From Nanobdellota archaeon (GTDB lineage Archaea; Nanobdellota; Nanobdellia; SCGC-AAA011-G17; JAFCDX01), in the NCBI GenBank assembly GCA_040753775.1, contig JBFMDT010000001.1, forward strand, positions 58,584 to 122,583: a stretch of 64,000 nucleotides of DNA, read 5' to 3'. Shown here piece by piece: positions 18,839-27,536 of the stretch. The stretch's first letter is position 1, and every line of letters starts with the position of its first letter. A program made the translations under genes and the position numbers. The notes beneath the pieces are model-generated. The model did not search any database and was not told the DNA's origin. It was given only the letters and a program-made list of their open reading frames with translations.

Positions 18839-19513
18839 TTAGAAGCTCTTTCTTACGTCTTCTATAATCTTCTTTGAGCTTTCTCTTAATCCCAATCCCA
18901 ATCCAATTCCTAATGCCAATGCTATTCCCAATCCTATTGCTCCGATTATTATCAGGAATGTGTTTTCTAAGATGCCTATTGCAACTCCTATCTGCTCCAG
19001 TGCAACAAGTACAGCCAGTATTATTACAACAACCTTTGTGATTCCTGCAACAGCCCTCATTCCCTTCATTTTTGTATTCTCTAGTACCTTCATTTCTATG
19101 TAATAAGCTAGGGCTATACCAACAAATAATACTATAATAGCAGCGATAACATTAGGAAGCCATAGAACAAATTCATTTAAGAGGTCGCTTAAACCCCCGA
19201 GCTGTAATAGATCAGCTGCAACTCCTAAGAATATTATAAAGATGTACCATTTGGTTATCTCCCCAATGACAGCTGAAACATTTGTATGGCCAACAGCTCT
19301 TGTCAATTCGCTCTTCTCAACAGCCCTGTTCAAGCCAAGCTTTTGCAATAGCAGCTTTAAGCCGTGCCCAATCAGATAAGCCACAGCATAACCTAATATT
19401 ATTATCAATATTGCTGCCAAAAGCCCAGGCAGTATATTCACAAAGCTGTTCCAAAGTGTATATAATGGATTAAGAATTATAGCACCTGTTGCGCTAATAT
19501 CTTCTAATGCCAA
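18839..19513 (-). CDS. hypothetical polytopic membrane protein (TM-helix repeat)
   Basis: Repeated hydrophobic helices with a GxxxG-rich C-terminus. Confidence 0.4.
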   Translation of the reverse strand: MALEDISATGAIILNPLYTLWNSFVNILPGLLAAILIIILGYAVAYLIGHGLKLLLQKLGLNRAVEKSELTRAVGHTNVSAVIGEITKWYIFIIFLGVAADLLQLGGLSDLLNEFVLWLPNVIAAIIVLFVGIALAYYIEMKVLENTKMKGMRAVAGITKVVVIILAVLVALEQIGVAIGILENTFLIIIGAIGLGIALALGIGLGLGLRESSKKIIEDVRKSF

Positions 19514-19629
19514 TATAAGTCACCTCCTTTTTTGACTGTGATAGCAATAACAAAGATGTTTCATTTATAAAGCTTTCGAAATATAAAATATTATGTAACT
19601 ATTTTAAAGTAGATATTATAAAACCATGT

Positions 19630-20844
19630 TTAAAATCTCCTTTGAAGCATTGCTTTCCCGGCCTTTATCTGTTGCTCTATTCTTCTTAGTTCATAAAGTT
19701 TTGTTTCCCTTTCCTTTCCAAATACCCCGCACTTTATTATTGGAGCATCGAATCCAACAGCTAAATGGCTCAGAACAGCATCCCTTGTTTCTCCTGACCT
19801 ATGGGACATTACAATGTTTATTTTATTCTTCTTTGCAATTTCAACAACCTCTTTTGTCTTTAAAATGCTTCCAACCTGGTTTGGCTTGATGATGACTGCA
19901 TTTATTGCCTTATTTTTTATGGCCTTTCTAAGAAGCTCTGGGTTAGTGCATATCAGATCATCCCCGCACACCATGCATCTGCCCTTAACTTTTTTTGTCA
20001 GTTCACTGAAACTCCTGAAATCACTTTCTTCAAATGGGTCCTCAACATAAATGAGGTTATATTTATTAATTAAATTGCAAACATAATTTATTTGCTCTTT
20101 TTTGCTTAATCTCTTGTCTCTGTAAATATATTTTTTCCCATTAAACAAATGAGAAGCAGCAATATCTACTCCTAACCTTAAATCAAAAGTGAATTCCTTG
20201 CTTACCCTTTTAATTATTTCATTCAGCTTATCGAGTATTTCCTCTGCACTTAGCTTGCTTATCCACGCCCCCTCATCATTTACATCCTTGGCCTTAACCT
20301 CGCTTTTTGCTAATTTCCATACCATCCTGTTTGCTTCAATTGCCTCTGTAATATTGAATGCATTCAGGCTTATAACTAAAAATTCCTGAAACTCTATTTT
20401 TTCCTTTTCTTTTGTATGCATCCCACCACCAACAACATTTCCCAAGGGTCTGGGTATATGCCTTATGTCTTTATTCAAAAACTTCCATACACATCCATCA
20501 GCCATGGCCTTAAGTAGCGCTAGTTCAACAGCAATCACAGTATTCCCTCCAATTATATTCCAGTTATCTGTCTTGTCATACTGCCTTAAAATCTTTTCAA
20601 CCATTGCGATATCCTCAAATTTCTCAATTTTCATTCCAACAATCTTGTTTCTTAAGGTGTTGTTGACAAAACCAACAGCTTCTCCTACGCCATTTTTTGG
20701 AAAGGCAGTAACCTCTTTCTTTCCCCTAGAAGCACCAGAAGGAGCAGAGGCATATTCCTTGCTATCCGCCTTGACCATCACCTCTATTGTTTCCTCATTC
20801 CTGGAATTTTTTATTTTCCAAGCCTTTACTTTCTTTATGAGCAT
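19630..20844 (-). CDS. eno: enolase (phosphopyruvate hydratase)
   Basis: SHRSGETRD-type signature and overall enolase architecture. Confidence 0.9.
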   Translation of the reverse strand: MLIKKVKAWKIKNSRNEETIEVMVKADSKEYASAPSGASRGKKEVTAFPKNGVGEAVGFVNNTLRNKIVGMKIEKFEDIAMVEKILRQYDKTDNWNIIGGNTVIAVELALLKAMADGCVWKFLNKDIRHIPRPLGNVVGGGMHTKEKEKIEFQEFLVISLNAFNITEAIEANRMVWKLAKSEVKAKDVNDEGAWISKLSAEEILDKLNEIIKRVSKEFTFDLRLGVDIAASHLFNGKKYIYRDKRLSKKEQINYVCNLINKYNLIYVEDPFEESDFRSFSELTKKVKGRCMVCGDDLICTNPELLRKAIKNKAINAVIIKPNQVGSILKTKEVVEIAKKNKINIVMSHRSGETRDAVLSHLAVGFDAPIIKCGVFGKERETKLYELRRIEQQIKAGKAMLQRRF

Positions 20845-20878
20845 AATAAAAAAAGAAAATAATACTATATAAATATTA

Positions 20879-21811
20879 TTAATTTAAATTCATCTTGCTA
20901 TAAAACCCCAAAACATAGCTCAGCACATGGCTAGCTCTCAATGGCTTTTTCAATTCAGGTCCAACTCTAAAGCAATAATCCAATTTATCTCTCAATTCCT
21001 GGCCTAATCCATATTTCTCATTCCCGAATATTAAGGCAATTTTCTTATTCAGCTTAAGAAAACTTGCTAATTGCCTTTCATTTTTATTTCCATGTTTGCT
21101 AAATCCAAAATATAAATATTCATCTGGCAGATTTTTTTCTATCCTTAAATCAAACTTGCTGTAATTAATTCCCTTGGTCTCTTCTTTTGCCTTTTTCAAA
21201 ATTCTTTCAAAATCCTTCCCAGGTATAACAAGCAGGGGAATTCTAAAAACATAGCATATTCTTAAAAAATCTGATATTTCAATAGAGCTCTCTGGCTTTT
21301 CAAGAACAGCAATAAATTTTCTTGTATTTGGTTCAATTGTGTCAATTCTTTTTATTCTTTTTATTCCAACCCTGTATTTATTCTTGTTAAATTCTACATA
21401 AATTACAGCGCCATCATTCCTGTATGCAAACCCCTCCTTCTTCAGATAAGTATTAATCTTCTTGTAAATTTGTTTGGCAGAAAAATTTTGTTTTGTTATG
21501 AATTTGGTTTCAACCCTAAAAAATTTATCCCCAGACTTTTTAAAAGCATATGCAGCATCTTGGCATAGTTCCCTGAATCCATGAAAAGGCTTGTAGTCAA
21601 AATATAAATCAATTATTTCTTTAACCTCATCCAGATTAATTACGCTTTCAATATCAATATCTTCAGCTATTGCTCTGTAATTATCCTCAAATTTAATTTT
21701 GCCTATTTTTTTCTCAAGCTCTCTCTTATTTATGTCATATCTATTTAAAATAAGCAGGTATTTCATAAAAAGTAAGAACAAGAATAATTTATAATGCTTT
21801 TGCTTAATCAA
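20879..21811 (-). CDS. putative RNA methyltransferase: THUMP-like N-terminal region plus SPOUT-like C-terminal domain
   Basis: The C-terminal LIFGNEKYGLGQEL...RASHVLSYVLG resembles the TrmH/SpoU motifs; the track start is TTG, so the true start may be the internal ATG (MKYLL). Confidence 0.4.
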   Translation of the reverse strand: MIKQKHYKLFLFLLFMKYLLILNRYDINKRELEKKIGKIKFEDNYRAIAEDIDIESVINLDEVKEIIDLYFDYKPFHGFRELCQDAAYAFKKSGDKFFRVETKFITKQNFSAKQIYKKINTYLKKEGFAYRNDGAVIYVEFNKNKYRVGIKRIKRIDTIEPNTRKFIAVLEKPESSIEISDFLRICYVFRIPLLVIPGKDFERILKKAKEETKGINYSKFDLRIEKNLPDEYLYFGFSKHGNKNERQLASFLKLNKKIALIFGNEKYGLGQELRDKLDYCFRVGPELKKPLRASHVLSYVLGFYSKMNLN

Positions 21812-22016
21812 TTGGTATGGGGGTAAAAGAGGTGTGAAAACCCCATACCAAATGAAAATGAAATGGCTACCTTTTGAGTAGCCGAGATTCTTGAGGTGTT
21901 TGATTTACTATTTTTAACTCAGCCGGTTTATAAATACATTATGAAAACTTGGTTAATACAGCAACTCTAGACCATTAATTCATAATGTTTATAAAGAAAT
22001 TTTAAAGGTTTTATTT

Positions 22017-22700
22017 ATGGGGTTAATTGAATTAAGAGGTCCTATTTGGTTCTATAAATTAGATACAATAATCCAATTCTTTGGTGCATTAGTTGCCTTA
22101 TTGATATCCTATTACACCTACAAAGCCTACAAACTTAGCTCTAAAAAAGCTCATTTGTATTTCAGCATAGCCTTTGCCTTGCTTGGCCTGAACTTAATAA
22201 TTTACTCAATAGTTCTCCCGGCCTGGATGGTTGTGTATGCAGGAAGCGGTTTCATCGTAGACATATTTTCACTTCCTGTTCTTCTGTTGGGCTCTAAAAT
22301 ATTGAACATTCTTTATGTATTCTCGTATTTAATGGCTTACTCCCTGCTTATATTTGTTTACTCGAAGATTGAAAGAAAAAGCATGATAGCCTTAACAGCG
22401 CTTTTTACTTTAGTTATATCTATTTATTCTTCAATAATTTACAGCTCTTACTCAACGCAAATCTTTATGGCCTTCAATATAATAAGCCTCATGCTTTTAA
22501 GTATTATAGTGTTCTTTACATACAAAAATTACATGCAGAAGAAAAACAGAAGTTCTTTCCTTGTTCTTTCAGCGTTCTTATTGATAGCAGTTTCTCATTT
22601 GCTTATGCTCTTTGAAAGCTTTAACAATGCCTTCTTCTTATCAGCCCATGTAGCCCAATTATTAGGTTACATAAGCCTTCTGATAGTTACAAGGGCATAA
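22017..22700 (+). CDS. hypothetical 7-TM membrane protein
   Basis: Hydrophobicity pattern only. Confidence 0.35.
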   Translation: MGLIELRGPIWFYKLDTIIQFFGALVALLISYYTYKAYKLSSKKAHLYFSIAFALLGLNLIIYSIVLPAWMVVYAGSGFIVDIFSLPVLLLGSKILNILYVFSYLMAYSLLIFVYSKIERKSMIALTALFTLVISIYSSIIYSSYSTQIFMAFNIISLMLLSIIVFFTYKNYMQKKNRSSFLVLSAFLLIAVSHLLMLFESFNNAFFLSAHVAQLLGYISLLIVTRA

Positions 22701-22741
22701 TAACAAATATTTATAAATGAGCTGTCTTTATAATTAACAAT

Positions 22742-23011
22742 ATGCCTGAGCGCAGAAACAAACTTCAGATAATAATCGATATACTTGCCTTGCTCCAGAA
22801 AAAGGGCAAGGTTAAACCAACTCATTTGCTCTATGGTGGAAATCTCTCTTACGACAGGCTAAAGAAATATATAAAAGATCTTGAAGAAAAAAGCCTTATA
22901 GAGGAAATAACTGAAAAGGATAAAAAATTCTATAAATTAACAGACAAAGGACATAGTTTTTTGGACGAGATAAAAAAGATAAAAGAAGTTACAGATGCCT
23001 TTGGGCTATAA
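22742..23011 (+). CDS. small winged-helix DNA-binding protein
   Basis: wHTH-like region (LQIIIDILALLQKKG...SYDRLKKYIKDLEEKSLIE). Confidence 0.45.
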   Translation: MPERRNKLQIIIDILALLQKKGKVKPTHLLYGGNLSYDRLKKYIKDLEEKSLIEEITEKDKKFYKLTDKGHSFLDEIKKIKEVTDAFGL

Positions 23012-23072
23012 TTTTCCCTAAAGGTTTTTCATTTTTGCTTAAGCTTTTCCTAAAAGCTTATTCTAAAAGGAT

Positions 23073-24293
23073 TTATTCATACCTCAAGGCATCAACAGGC
23101 TTCATCTTAGATGCCTGTCTTGCTGGCATTATTCCAGACACAGTCCCAACAATAAATGAAAATATTAATGCCCCAACTATCAAATAAGGGCTGAAGGATG
23201 CTCTTAACAATCCAGAGCCCAAATAATTCCCCGCAATAATCTCAGTTCCCTTGCTCAATCCAATGCCCAAAGTAATACCTATCGAACCTCCAGCCAGTCC
23301 AAGCAGCCCAGACTCAATAAGAAATATCAATAGTATGTCAGAATTCTTAGCCCCAATAGCCTTCATTATTCCTATGTCTTTTGTTCTTTCTAATACAGAT
23401 GTGTACATAGTATTCATTATTCCTATTCCGCCAACTAATAAGCTAATTGCGGCTATTCCAATAAGAACAGTCTGCACTATAGTGAAGATATTTGAAAATG
23501 TCTGGGCCAATTGTTCAGAAGTAGCAACCTGAAAATCCTCTTCTCCTTTCTTAACATCATGGCTTTTTCTCAATTTTTCTTTTATTAGCTCTGCTACTTT
23601 ATTAATATCCTCTCCCTCTTTTACTCTGACAAAAAGATAGGCAATGCCCTCAGGCTCATTGAACAATTCCCTTAAAGTCTCCAAAGGGATATATAACGAA
23701 GCATCATCTACAGGATTTCCTATAGGTCTAAGAATTCCTACAACCTTAAAATCTTTTCCTTCTATATTTATTGTATCCTTTAATCCTACAGGCTTTTTGA
23801 AGAATGTACCTTTAGCAACATTTTCACCAACAACAACCTCATACTTTCCACCCTCCTTTAGCCTCTTTCCTTCAGCAATCTCTATGTTATTCATCTCCTC
23901 TATTACAACCCTTGATTCATCCAAAGGAATTCCATGCACAAAATTATATTTCAGCTCATCTTTGTACTTTACCCTTGCCTGCTTGAACAGCATTTCAGCA
24001 ACCTCATCAACCCCATTTATTTTTTTTATTATGTTTACATCCTCTTTTGTCAGTCTTGCAGATGTTAATGTGCTTCCAGGTGGCCCGCTGAATCCGCTTC
24101 CTGCGCTTATTGTTATCTTGTCTGTTCCTAGAATTTTGAACTGCTCGTTAATAGCCTTCTGTAATCCCTGGCCCAAAGAGATTAAACTAACAACAGCAGC
24201 TATTCCTATGAATATCCCAAGCATAGTGAGCCAGCTTCTTAAACCCCTGTACTTCAGATTATTAAAGGCAAAAGTAAAATAATCCTTTATCAT
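23073..24293 (-). CDS. ABC transporter permease, FtsX/MacB-like
   Basis: N-terminal TM, large extracytoplasmic domain, then a C-terminal FtsX 3-TM bundle. Confidence 0.8.
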   Translation of the reverse strand: MIKDYFTFAFNNLKYRGLRSWLTMLGIFIGIAAVVSLISLGQGLQKAINEQFKILGTDKITISAGSGFSGPPGSTLTSARLTKEDVNIIKKINGVDEVAEMLFKQARVKYKDELKYNFVHGIPLDESRVVIEEMNNIEIAEGKRLKEGGKYEVVVGENVAKGTFFKKPVGLKDTINIEGKDFKVVGILRPIGNPVDDASLYIPLETLRELFNEPEGIAYLFVRVKEGEDINKVAELIKEKLRKSHDVKKGEEDFQVATSEQLAQTFSNIFTIVQTVLIGIAAISLLVGGIGIMNTMYTSVLERTKDIGIMKAIGAKNSDILLIFLIESGLLGLAGGSIGITLGIGLSKGTEIIAGNYLGSGLLRASFSPYLIVGALIFSFIVGTVSGIMPARQASKMKPVDALRYE

Positions 24294-25453
24294 GCATTGC
24301 TCTTTCTCTTCTTTTTAATTCTCCTGTAGAAAAGGTATATAGCAAAAACAAAAATAACGCCAAAAATAATATAGAGTCTGTTGTTGCTTTGTATTAATCC
24401 CATGGCTTTTGCTTCAGAAGCACTATAGACCCTTGCACTTACAAATGCTGTTTTTGTGTAATCTTCGTTGTTTGCATCCTTAAAAATTAATGTTAAAGGA
24501 ATTACAATGTTCTGATTTTTTGGATTCAATTTAAATTCAATGTTCTCATAATCATCCGAATCAATGTTTCCTATGTATAAATTCTCATTTGACAATATTT
24601 CATAATCCCCTGGCTCTAACCTTATGCTTAAAAACTTGACATCGCTTAATCCATTGTTAATGAGCTTAAGCGAAATGGTGCTTGGTCTTTCTACAACTAA
24701 TTTATTCTCTTCTATGCTAATCTCAAGATTAGGCTCAGCCCCAACAATCAGGCTTATTATGCTGCTCTCGTTGTATGCCCTTCCAAACTCATCAAAATAA
24801 GTAATAAATAAAGGAACCTTGTAAACTCCTGTCTTTGCATCTGCCAATGTTATTATAGTAAATGTGACTTCTTCACTTGATTCATCCGATATTTCATCAA
24901 TGTTTTTTTCACCAACAGAATTAATTGGAGCAAAAGGCGAGTTGCTGAAATCTAATTTTAAGTTTACATTTTTCAAGGAATAGCTTGCCTTGTTTCTTAC
25001 ATTTATCTTTACACTGGAGCTTTCCCCAGGAACTAATTTCTCAGGCTCGGATTTAACAGAGCTGATTGACAATGTTGATTCAATTCCGCTGACATAAACA
25101 TTAAATGTCTTTTCTGAAGAGTCATTTGAAGTGGAAGCCTTTAAGCTTATTGCCTTGTAGCCTGTTTTTGCATCCGAATCTGCTTTTAAATTATAATTAA
25201 GAGTAACAGTTTGATATGGCATAAGCAAATTGTAATTTATTTTCCTATCCCCTTTCACAGAAAATGAGCTTCCTTCATCTATTTCAAAGCTTACATTATT
25301 TAGTTGACTGCCCCCATTGACAACATTGAACTGGACATTAAAGTAATTTCCAGGCATAATGTCCCCAACTGGAACCATGCTTACGCTGATGTCCATTGCA
25401 AGAGCTATATTTGCAAGCAATGTCACCATTAAAAATATGAACAGTCTTTTCAT
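24290..25453 (-). CDS. secreted surface protein with C-terminal TM anchor (partner of the ABC/FtsX module)
   Basis: Signal peptide; beta-rich repetitive domains; C-terminal hydrophobic helix plus RRIKKKRK tail; genes overlap the ATPase and permease. Confidence 0.4.
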   Translation of the reverse strand: MKRLFIFLMVTLLANIALAMDISVSMVPVGDIMPGNYFNVQFNVVNGGSQLNNVSFEIDEGSSFSVKGDRKINYNLLMPYQTVTLNYNLKADSDAKTGYKAISLKASTSNDSSEKTFNVYVSGIESTLSISSVKSEPEKLVPGESSSVKINVRNKASYSLKNVNLKLDFSNSPFAPINSVGEKNIDEISDESSEEVTFTIITLADAKTGVYKVPLFITYFDEFGRAYNESSIISLIVGAEPNLEISIEENKLVVERPSTISLKLINNGLSDVKFLSIRLEPGDYEILSNENLYIGNIDSDDYENIEFKLNPKNQNIVIPLTLIFKDANNEDYTKTAFVSARVYSASEAKAMGLIQSNNRLYIIFGVIFVFAIYLFYRRIKKKRKSNA

Positions 25454-26130
25454 TTTTTTTCTCCCATTTCACCATCTTTAATGTAATATATCTTATTTGT
25501 ATTTTTTGCAATTAATGGGTCATGAGTAACTAATATTACTGTCTTCCCTTTTTTATTTAATGTTTTCAGGAAATCCATAACTATGCTTCCTGTTTTGCTG
25601 TCCAAGTTTCCTGTTGGCTCATCTGCTAATACAATATCTGGGTCATTTGCTAAGGCCCTTGCTATTGCCACTCTCTGCTGTTCCCCCCCAGATAACTCGT
25701 TTGGCCTGTGATTCATTCTGTCTTTTAATTCAACCATTTCAAGTAATTCTATAGCCCTTTTCATCCTACTCCCTTCTTCCGTTCCCTGAAATATCATTGG
25801 AAGCATGACATTCTCCAAGGCGCTTAAGGTGTTTATCAAATTAAACTGCTGGAATATAAAGCCTATTTTCCTCCCCCTTATCCCTGCTAACTCAGACTCA
25901 TCCAATGAAGAGATATCATGTTCCCCCAAATATACCTTGCCTCTTGTTGGAAGATCCAAGCAGCCAACCATGTTCATTGAGGTTGATTTTCCAGAACCAG
26001 AAGGCCCCATGATAGCTATAAAATCTCCTTGCTTTATTGTTATATTTATTCCTCTTAAAGCCTCTACACTTGAATTTCCTATTCTATAAATCTTCCATAC
26101 ATTATTAAGCTTGATTAAGGATTGCATCAA
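25450..26130 (-). CDS. ABC transporter ATP-binding protein (MacB/LolD-like)
   Basis: Walker A (GPSGSGKST), ABC signature (LSGGEQQR), Walker B (ILLADEPT). Confidence 0.9.
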   Translation of the reverse strand: MMQSLIKLNNVWKIYRIGNSSVEALRGINITIKQGDFIAIMGPSGSGKSTSMNMVGCLDLPTRGKVYLGEHDISSLDESELAGIRGRKIGFIFQQFNLINTLSALENVMLPMIFQGTEEGSRMKRAIELLEMVELKDRMNHRPNELSGGEQQRVAIARALANDPDIVLADEPTGNLDSKTGSIVMDFLKTLNKKGKTVILVTHDPLIAKNTNKIYYIKDGEMGEKK

Positions 26131-26230
26131 ATTACACAGCAGTTTATCTTTAAAAATGTTTCTATTTAACAGTAATAATAAATTTATAGTTAGAAATCTT
26201 TAAATACAGAGTAAAAGTAGAAATCCATAA

Positions 26231-26330
26231 GCGGATGTGCCGGAGTGGCCAAACGGGGCAGATACTTTGTAGCCCAACCTCAAGAGCTGTTGGCTTAGTG
26301 CCTACACAGGTTCGAATCCTGTCATCCGCA
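26231..26330 (+). tRNA. tRNA gene, ~100 nt; candidate Leu(CAA) with intron(s), precise structure unresolved
   Basis: 7-bp acceptor complementarity (GCGGATG/CATCCGC); T-arm ACAGG-TTCGAAT-CCTGT; internal CTCAAGA (canonical Leu-CAA anticodon loop) flanked by CCAAC/GTTGG but with 3 extra nt; D-arm GCCGGAGTGGCCAAAC is class-II-like. Confidence 0.55.
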
Positions 26331-26337
26331 TCGTACA

Positions 26338-26958
26338 ATGAAGATGAAAATAAATACAATTATATCCTGGCTGATGAAAGTTGTGATAATATGGCTCCTC
26401 CTTGTGTTTCTATATAAAAAAGATTATCCATTAGCATTATCGGCATTTATATCCATAATAGTATTTCTAATGCCGGCTGTAATTGAAAGGAACTATAAAA
26501 TAAATCTTCCATGGATATTTGACATTCTTATTATAACACCTTTGTTCATACATATCTTGGGAATAACTTACAAATGGTACAATAACCTTTACTTTAGCAG
26601 CTTTTCTCATTTTATTGGAACAATAATAATAGCTCTGCTTGGTTTTATGATCCCCTTTACTTTAAATGCAACAGGCAAAATAAAATTATCTATAAAGATG
26701 ATAATGTTTTTCACAATAATTTTCTCGATAGCAATAGGAGCTGTCTGGGAAATAGCAGAATTTAGTTCAGATGTATTTCTTGAAACAAAATCCCAGCCAA
26801 GCAATACAGACACAATGCTTGACTTGCTCTTTGATGCCTTATCTGGGGTTGTAACTGCCTTCATCGGTGCATGGTACATCAAGAAAATTCCACCCCATAG
26901 ATTAAATAACATAATTGATCCATTTGCAACAATGATGAAAATAGAATATAAAAAATGA
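26338..26958 (+). CDS. hypothetical polytopic membrane protein
   Basis: Hydrophobicity pattern only. Confidence 0.35.
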   Translation: MKMKINTIISWLMKVVIIWLLLVFLYKKDYPLALSAFISIIVFLMPAVIERNYKINLPWIFDILIITPLFIHILGITYKWYNNLYFSSFSHFIGTIIIALLGFMIPFTLNATGKIKLSIKMIMFFTIIFSIAIGAVWEIAEFSSDVFLETKSQPSNTDTMLDLLFDALSGVVTAFIGAWYIKKIPPHRLNNIIDPFATMMKIEYKK

Positions 26959-27512
26959 AAACATTAGCTGAAAAACTAAGAGAATTTAAAAGAGGCCCTG
27001 CAATAATCCTTCCAAAAGATGCTGGATTAATAATAGCATTAACCGGGATAAACAAGGATTCAAAGGTGGTTGATGCAGGAACAGGCTCAGGATTTCTTGT
27101 AGCTTACCTGGCAAACATCTGCAAGGAAGTAACAACTTATGAAAATAGAAAAGAATTCCTTGAGATAGCAAAAATTAATTTAGCCGGATTCAGGAATGTT
27201 AAGATAAAGTTCAAGGACGTTTACAAGGGAATTTCTGAAAAAAATCTTGACTTAATAACTTTAGACTTAAAAGAGCCATGGAAAGTTTTTAAATATGCAG
27301 AAAAGTCTTTAAAAAGCAATGGGTTCTTGGTGTCTTACTTGCCAACAATAAACCAGCTTGAAATTTTGCTGAAGGAAATAAAAAAATATAAATTTAGGTT
27401 GATAAAAGCTATAGAACTGCTTGAAAGGGAATGGGAAACCGAAGACAGGATAAGGCCTAAGTCGCAGATGATAGCCCACACTGGTTTTTTGGTTTTTATT
27501 AGAAAGCTTTAA
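26955..27512 (+). CDS. tRNA (adenine-N1)-methyltransferase TrmI/Gcd14-like (short archaeal form)
   Basis: Rossmann SAM motif (VVDAGTGSGFLVAYLA) with TrmI-like flanking regions. Confidence 0.7.
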   Translation: MKTLAEKLREFKRGPAIILPKDAGLIIALTGINKDSKVVDAGTGSGFLVAYLANICKEVTTYENRKEFLEIAKINLAGFRNVKIKFKDVYKGISEKNLDLITLDLKEPWKVFKYAEKSLKSNGFLVSYLPTINQLEILLKEIKKYKFRLIKAIELLEREWETEDRIRPKSQMIAHTGFLVFIRKL

Positions 27513-27536
27513 ATAAAATAAAAAAAGGGATTTAGT

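Noticed and set aside
19814-20872. Plus-strand ORFs overlapping enolase
   Set aside because: They are antisense to a highly conserved enolase gene.
23251-24282. Plus-strand ORFs (93 and 212 aa) within the FtsX permease gene
   Set aside because: Antisense artefacts with Ser/Pro/Leu-rich composition.
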